In this document: positions 58,973-64,000 of the stretch, in pieces
How positions within the stretch are numbered: position 1 is the stretch's first letter
Layout: each line of letters begins with the position of its first letter
Source: Longimicrobiales bacterium
GTDB taxonomy: Bacteria > Gemmatimonadota > Gemmatimonadetes > Longimicrobiales > Gaopeijiaceae
Direction of reading: 5' to 3'
DNA length: 64,000 bases
Assembly: GCA_965238005.1 (NCBI GenBank)
Contig: OZ250165.1
Coordinates: forward strand, 3,968,001 to 4,032,000
Position numbers and translations under genes: made by a program
The notes under the pieces: model-generated
What the model was told of the DNA's origin: nothing
Seen by the model: only the letters and a program-made list of their open reading frames with translations
The model's database searches: none

Positions 58973-59659
58973 ATGGCGGCAAAGTACTTCACCAACTCGA
59001 CATTCACCTTCCTGAACGACCTGAAGGCGAACAACCACCGGGAGTGGTTCCAGGAGAACAAGCACCGGTACGAGCAGCACCTGAAGGATCCGGCGATCCG
59101 GTTCATCATCGACTTCGGTGCCCACCTCAAGAAGATCAGCGAGCACTTCCGCTCCGATCCCCGCACCGTGGGCGGCTCCATGTTCCGGATCTACAGGGAC
59201 ACGCGCTTCTCCAAGGACAAGAGCCCCTACAAGACCTATGTGGGGATCCAATTCCGACACGATCTCGGAAAGGACGCCCACGCCCCCGGCTTCTACCTCC
59301 ACATGGAGGTGGGCGGCTGCTTCGCAGGAGCCGGGATGTGGCGACCCGACTCTCCGAGCCTGAAGCAGATTCGAGAAGCTATGGTAGAGGACCCCAAGGC
59401 GTGGAAGCGGGCCGTGGGCGGCAAGCGCTTCACGCACGCGTACGAGCTCGAGGGCGACCGGCTCAAGCGCCCCCCCAAGGGCTTCGACCCAGAGCACGCT
59501 CTGGTCGAGGACCTGAAGCGGAAGGACTTCATCGGGGTCGCCAAGATCCCGAAGAAGATGATCACCAGCCCCGACCTGCCAAAGGAGCTCGCCAGGGTGT
59601 TCGGAGCAGGCACACCGCTCATGAAGTTCCTCTGTGACGCGGTGTCCGTGCCGTTCTGA
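58973..59659 (+). CDS. DUF2461 family protein
   Basis: NNHREWFQENK and FRIYRDTRFSKDKSPYKT. Confidence 0.95.
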   Translation: MAAKYFTNSTFTFLNDLKANNHREWFQENKHRYEQHLKDPAIRFIIDFGAHLKKISEHFRSDPRTVGGSMFRIYRDTRFSKDKSPYKTYVGIQFRHDLGKDAHAPGFYLHMEVGGCFAGAGMWRPDSPSLKQIREAMVEDPKAWKRAVGGKRFTHAYELEGDRLKRPPKGFDPEHALVEDLKRKDFIGVAKIPKKMITSPDLPKELARVFGAGTPLMKFLCDAVSVPF

Positions 59660-59789
59660 TCTCCCGTGGGCCCCGACCCAGACGCCGTCGCGGACTGCAC
59701 CACGTGGTGCGAGCCCTTGTCCTCGGCGCCCATCTTTTCGAGCTTCAAGCCGCTCGTAGAATTTGGATGATGTGTAAGGAGCTTCCCGT

Positions 59790-61178
59790 ATGAAGACTGG
59801 AACCGCCGTCCTGCTGGGCGCTGTCGTCGTGAGCGGCTCGATGCTGGCCGCCTCGCGCAGCCCCGTGGCACCCGTCCTCTCCTCAATCCTCGCGGCGGCG
59901 CAGAGCGCTCCGGAGGCCGTCGCTTTCACCAACGTCAACGTCGTTCCCATGGACTCCGAGCGGATCCTGAGGGATCAGACCGTTCTCGTGGAGCAAGGCA
60001 GGATCCGCCGCTTGGGATCGGCGGCCGAGGTCCGGGTCTCCGCAGGCGTCACGACGGTAGACGGATCGGGCAAGTACCTCATGCCGGGCCTGGCGGAGAT
60101 GCACGGCCACATGCCCGGTGGAGACGTGGAGGAGATGGTGATGTTCCTGTACGTAGCCAACGGAGTGACAACCGTTCGGGGCATGCTCGGTCGCGACGGC
60201 CACATGGAGCTACGTCGCAAGGCGAACGCCAGCGAGATCGTGGCACCGACCCTCTACCTCGCCGGGCCCAGCTTCAACGGCAACTCGGTCTCCTCGCCCG
60301 AACAGGCCGCCCAGAAGGTCCGCACGCAAAAGGAGCAGGGTTGGGATCTCCTCAAGATCCACCCTGGACTCACCGTGCCCGAGTACGACGCCATGGCCAT
60401 GACCGCCCATGAGGTGGGCATCCGGTTCGGCGGTCACGTGCCGGCCGAGGTGGGACTCGAGCATGCCATCAGAATGGGCCAGGAGACCTTCGACCACCTG
60501 GACGGCTTCATCGAGCACCTGAACGCCTTCGACGAGCCCATCGACCGAGGCAGGCTCGGCGAGCTGGTCACCATGGTGAAGGACGCAGGCGCTTGGGTCG
60601 TGCCCACCATGGTGCTCTGGGACGTGGGCATCATAGGCCGCGGAGACGCCCAGGTCATGGCCAACTATCCGGAGATGCGGTATTGGCCGAAGCGGAACAT
60701 CCCGCGGGTCGTGGAGGGCGTGGAAGGCTGGATCGGCAGACACGCGGGAGGCGCACAACGAGTCCAGGCCGATCCCGATGCGGCCGACCTGTGGGCCGGC
60801 AACCGGCTGGATGTGCTCAAGGCCCTGTCAGACGGCGGGGTGGGCATTCTGATGGGGACCGACTCACCGCAGCTCTTCTCCGTCCCCGGCTTTTCCCTGC
60901 ATCGGGAGATGCAGGCCATGGCCGACGCCGGCATGTCACCCTACGAGATCCTGGTCTCTGGCACACGGGCCGTGGGTGAGTACTTCCGGAGGAGCGACAC
61001 CTTCGGCACGGTGGCCGTGGGACGGCGAGCCGACTTGATCCTCCTGAACTCCAATCCGTTGGACGACGTCGGCAACGTAGCCGACCGGGCCGGAGTCATG
61101 GTCCGAGGTCGCTGGTACTCCGACCGCTACATCCAGGAGCGCCTGGACGAGATCGCTCGGCGGTTCGCGACGGACTGA
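59790..61178 (+). CDS. Secreted amidohydrolase family protein
   Basis: PGLAEMHGH, GVTTVRGM, GTDSPQ and ADLILLNSNPL. Confidence 0.93.
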   Translation: MKTGTAVLLGAVVVSGSMLAASRSPVAPVLSSILAAAQSAPEAVAFTNVNVVPMDSERILRDQTVLVEQGRIRRLGSAAEVRVSAGVTTVDGSGKYLMPGLAEMHGHMPGGDVEEMVMFLYVANGVTTVRGMLGRDGHMELRRKANASEIVAPTLYLAGPSFNGNSVSSPEQAAQKVRTQKEQGWDLLKIHPGLTVPEYDAMAMTAHEVGIRFGGHVPAEVGLEHAIRMGQETFDHLDGFIEHLNAFDEPIDRGRLGELVTMVKDAGAWVVPTMVLWDVGIIGRGDAQVMANYPEMRYWPKRNIPRVVEGVEGWIGRHAGGAQRVQADPDAADLWAGNRLDVLKALSDGGVGILMGTDSPQLFSVPGFSLHREMQAMADAGMSPYEILVSGTRAVGEYFRRSDTFGTVAVGRRADLILLNSNPLDDVGNVADRAGVMVRGRWYSDRYIQERLDEIARRFATD

Positions 61179-61232
61179 CCGCCGGCCGGGGCCGTCACCG
61201 ACTCTTGCACCCCACGCAGAGCCTCCCGACCG

Positions 61233-61274
61233 CCCGGGGCTGAAGCCTTCGTCGGCTTTCGGCGAAGCCCCGGG
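61233..61274. terminator. Hairpin between convergent genes
   Basis: CCCGGGGCT...AGCCCCGGG with an inner GAAGCC/GGCTTT stem. Confidence 0.45.
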
Positions 61275-61285
61275 TCGAGCCCGCG

Positions 61286-62470
61286 TCAGGTCGGCGCCCG
61301 CTCGCCATCGATCCGCAACTGCTCGAGTCCGGCGCTGACCAACCGCCACTGGAGCCTCATCTGATCGAGGACGGGCATGGGGGTCAGCCCACTGGCCCTA
61401 ATCTCGTCGGAGATCGCCTCGCGCTGCTCGTCGGAGATTGCCTCGCGCTGCTCGTCGGACGTCGATCTCGCCACGCCCAGAGCTAGCTGCCAACGGTCCC
61501 GGCGCTCCTTCCAGTGCTCTCCCACCGGATCGGGCGGACCCAGAGTCTCTCCCACCCCCGGCGTTATGAAGAGGGGCATCTCGCTCACGAGCGTCACAGG
61601 ATCGCCACCGAGAGAGCGGATGGCCTCCATGGAGCTCGGCCGGAAGCGGGCGGCCGTCTCCTCGTCGCCGAGCGCCAGGAAGTGGTCCCGCATCGCCGTC
61701 GAGCTCGGCCGGGTGCAGAACCCTCGCTCGATACGGTGGAAGCCCTTCTCCCCCTCCCGCTCCACGTCATGGAGGACGTATCCGAGGCGGTGGGTCTCCT
61801 CGGCGCAGCACCGCTTCACGTGCTCCAATCTGTCCAACCACGCCGGCTCCAGCAGGAACCAGGGGCCGCCGGCCAACGCGATGCCGTGGAGGGTAGCGTG
61901 GAGATGGAACGGCGCATCGGCGCTTCTCCACCAGTCGTGCAGGGCTCGGCTCTCGGGCCGGACGTCGGCATCCGCCGAGGACCGGGGGAAGCCGAACTCC
62001 AGGTCGTCGCCAGGAAGCTCACGAACCACATGGGAGCTGTTCAGGACCGGGTCGTATGCGTCCGACGGCGCTACCGGGCCGTCGACATCTTGCCACCCCT
62101 TGTTCCGCTCCCGGCCGTCGGGGTTGATGTGGGGCACGATCCACCACTGGTAGCCGGTGAGCATCGTGTGGCCGGTCTCGAGTGATCCGAGGAACGCAGC
62201 CAACCTGGCCAGGAAACGGGGCCCGACGGGCTCATCGGCGTGGCATCCGCCGATGAGGCTCACCCGAAGCGGGCCGGAGCCCAGACGGAAGCCCTGGACG
62301 GGCCGCCCTTGTCGGGAGGTCCCCAGACGTAGCCCGGCCTCCGGGTCCACTGGCGGGTGGGCGATGATGGCGTCCGCTAGTGCGTACAGATTCCCTCCGT
62401 CCTCCGGGCCGTCCGGCGACGGCGGCTGTCGCTCCCCTCGCCGTGGTGCACCCCGTCGCGCATACCCCAA
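61286..62470 (-). CDS. M14 zinc carboxypeptidase family protein; start uncertain
   Basis: LGTSRQGRP, GGCHADEP, VPHINPDG, RPES, TLHG and SEMP. Confidence 0.85.
   Translation of the reverse strand: MGYARRGAPRRGERQPPSPDGPEDGGNLYALADAIIAHPPVDPEAGLRLGTSRQGRPVQGFRLGSGPLRVSLIGGCHADEPVGPRFLARLAAFLGSLETGHTMLTGYQWWIVPHINPDGRERNKGWQDVDGPVAPSDAYDPVLNSSHVVRELPGDDLEFGFPRSSADADVRPESRALHDWWRSADAPFHLHATLHGIALAGGPWFLLEPAWLDRLEHVKRCCAEETHRLGYVLHDVEREGEKGFHRIERGFCTRPSSTAMRDHFLALGDEETAARFRPSSMEAIRSLGGDPVTLVSEMPLFITPGVGETLGPPDPVGEHWKERRDRWQLALGVARSTSDEQREAISDEQREAISDEIRASGLTPMPVLDQMRLQWRLVSAGLEQLRIDGERAPT
61403..61459 (-). repeat. In-frame 24-bp tandem duplication (SDEQREAI x2 + SDE)
   Basis: Copies at 61403-61426 and 61427-61450 (one mismatch) and a partial copy at 61451-61459. 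Confidence 0.9.
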
Positions 62471-62484
62471 CTGACGTCCTCCAA

Positions 62485-62626
62485 GTGGAGCCTCCTCCGG
62501 GTGGAGCCTCCTCCGGGTGGAGCCCTCCGGGTGGAGCCCTCCGAGTGGAGCCCTCCGAGTGGAGCCCTCCGAGTGGAGCCCTCCGAGTGGACCCCCCGAG
62601 TGGACCCCCCGAGTGGAGCCCTCCGG
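62485..62626. repeat. VNTR of 10 units, 13-16 bp (consensus GTGGAGCCCTCCGA)
   Basis: 2 x 16 bp, 5 x 14 bp, 2 x 13 bp and 1 x 14 bp contiguous units, no spacers. Confidence 0.95.
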
Positions 62627-62933
62627 GCTCCCCCTCAGAAGTGGCCCGTCACGGCCACGGACATGTAGCCGTCGCGGCGGAATCCGTAAAGGAGGTCCGC
62701 CCCGTCGACGCCGACCAGGTGCTGGGACTCCGTCACGCCCCAGAACTCGCGGCGCAGCCCGGCCGCCACCGCACCACCCATCGAGCGTAGCGGGTCACCA
62801 GGCCGTCGTGATGTATGGAACCGGGGCGCCCATCGGGTGCCTCGGCCGACGACGTTGGGGACCAGCTCCGCAGCCACGGACAAGTGGGCGGCCGAGCTCG
62901 ACAAAGTGGGCCTCGCGCTGATCGCGAGCTGCC

Positions 62934-63305
62934 CTACGTAAGGTCGTTCTTCCAGAGCAGCGTCCCGTCGGCGTTGTAGACCGTTTCCACGGCAACGCCC
63001 TCGTCGAACTCCAGGGCCAGATACCCGTGAGAGTAATAGCGATCCTCGTGCCCCACGATGTATGGGTTTCCCCCGTCGAGGATCATCCCGCCAGGGACGA
63101 ACGGCTTCGGCCGGAGCTTCCTCCACGTGGGGCTCGCAGGGACCTCCTCACCCAGGAGCTTCTCGTCCCGGAACTCGGGGAAACCTCCGTGGCCGATACC
63201 CCGGCCGTACATGTCCCACAGGGGATGCCGGTCGTAGATCACGCACTGATGCTCGTGACCCCAGTACCAAGCGAAGATCTTCTTGCCGTCGAGAAGGTCG
63301 CCCAA
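62934..63305 (-). pseudogene. Metallophosphoesterase C-terminal fragment
   Basis: AWYWGHEH...GIGHGGFP...HGYLALEFD; N-terminal DxG/GD/GNH motifs absent. Confidence 0.7.
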
Positions 63306-63318
63306 CTTCCCTACGACG

Positions 63319-63468
63319 GGGAGCCCCGTGTTCGACTCGAAGTGGCAGCTGGTGGGACTGCACCATTGGGGTGGGCACGACGTGGAACGCCTGGACGGCG
63401 GGGGAACCTACGATGCCAATGAAGGCATCCGGATCGGCGCCATCCGGGAGGCCCTGGCGGGCCCCTAG
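63319..63468 (+). pseudogene. Trypsin-like serine protease C-terminal fragment
   Basis: GSPVFDSKWQLVGLHHWG...ANEGIRIGAI; the sequence breaks at the catalytic GSSG motif. Confidence 0.75.
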
Positions 63469-63474
63469 TGCAGG

Positions 63475-64000
63475 TTAGCGCTCCACCACCCTCGCCCGCA
63501 CGATCACATCACCTTCGGCAACCTGATCCGCCGTGTCCATCCCCCTCACAACCTCACCGAACACCGTGTAGTTGTGATCCAGACGGAGATTATCGATGAG
63601 GTTGATGAACATCTGGCCGTCACCCGTGTCACGACCCCGGGTGGACGTACCCACGGTCCCACGCCAGTGGGAGAGCAAGCCGAGCTCGTCCCGGGCGTAA
63701 GCCGCGTCGCCGGCAAACTCGTTGGCGCCCGGGCTCCCCCCTTGAAGGACGAAGTTCGTGACCACCCGGTGGAAGGTGAGCCCGTCGAGGTACCCGGACC
63801 GGGCGAGGCGGGCGAAGCGTGCGGCATGGGTGGGAGCGTCACGAACGAGCAAGTGGATCTCTATCTCCCCACCCCGCTCCATCTCCAGGACTACACGGGT
63901 TTCGGCCAGGCGGTCGACCTCCTCGGGGGACGGCACGGCGAGCCGCGGCACCGGGTTGGGCTGGGCCTGCCAGCTTCCGCCCGTCCACCGGCTCAGAATC
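63475..64000 (-). CDS. Cyclophilin-type peptidyl-prolyl isomerase domain protein (5' end beyond window)
   Basis: FHRVVTNFVLQGG, RGTVG, GRDTGDGQMFIN and LDHNYTVFG. Confidence 0.9.
   Translation of the reverse strand, partial: ILSRWTGGSWQAQPNPVPRLAVPSPEEVDRLAETRVVLEMERGGEIEIHLLVRDAPTHAARFARLARSGYLDGLTFHRVVTNFVLQGGSPGANEFAGDAAYARDELGLLSHWRGTVGTSTRGRDTGDGQMFINLIDNLRLDHNYTVFGEVVRGMDTADQVAEGDVIVRARVVER

Noticed and set aside
62485..62626. CRISPR array or iteron origin
   Set aside because: Units are 13-16 bp, contiguous and GC-rich; no spacers, rep gene or AT-rich unwinding region.
62635..62930. Intact gene between the VNTR and the phosphoesterase fragment
   Set aside because: Only a ~48-codon coding-like tail (MGGAVAAGLRREFWG...GHF) with no identifiable family; probably another relic, but I cannot assign it.

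Overview
High-GC bacterial chromosomal segment with about 55 genes. The gene repertoire (many exported amidohydrolases and amidases with Gly-rich linkers, a VPS10/BNR protein, thyX, DAK2-DegV) is most like Gemmatimonadota, which is an inference. Housekeeping genes include folB, fumC, trxB plus a TrxB-type ferredoxin-NADP+ reductase, an mlaEFD-like ABC system, rho, thyX and a two-subunit aconitase X. Four signals are not obvious from the ORF track: (1) an OsmC-family selenoprotein with an in-frame UGA followed by a SECIS-like hairpin (30792-31259, minus strand); (2) a probable 6S RNA with its own sigma70 promoter, bracketed by a 16-bp inverted repeat (6984-7134, minus strand); (3) a co-oriented periplasmic module of a YVTN beta-propeller, a di-haem c lipoprotein, a lipoprotein D-2-hydroxyacid dehydrogenase homolog, an Nramp-like transporter and three amide hydrolases (45460-55302); (4) a divergent GroES-like small protein lacking the mobile loop. 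There are also many truncated gene relics (Fur, COG3910 ATPase, Ada N-terminus, PIN toxin, metallophosphoesterase/trypsin junction). Several single-base homopolymer frameshifts may be long-read assembly errors. I found no tRNA, rRNA, CRISPR array or intact mobile element.
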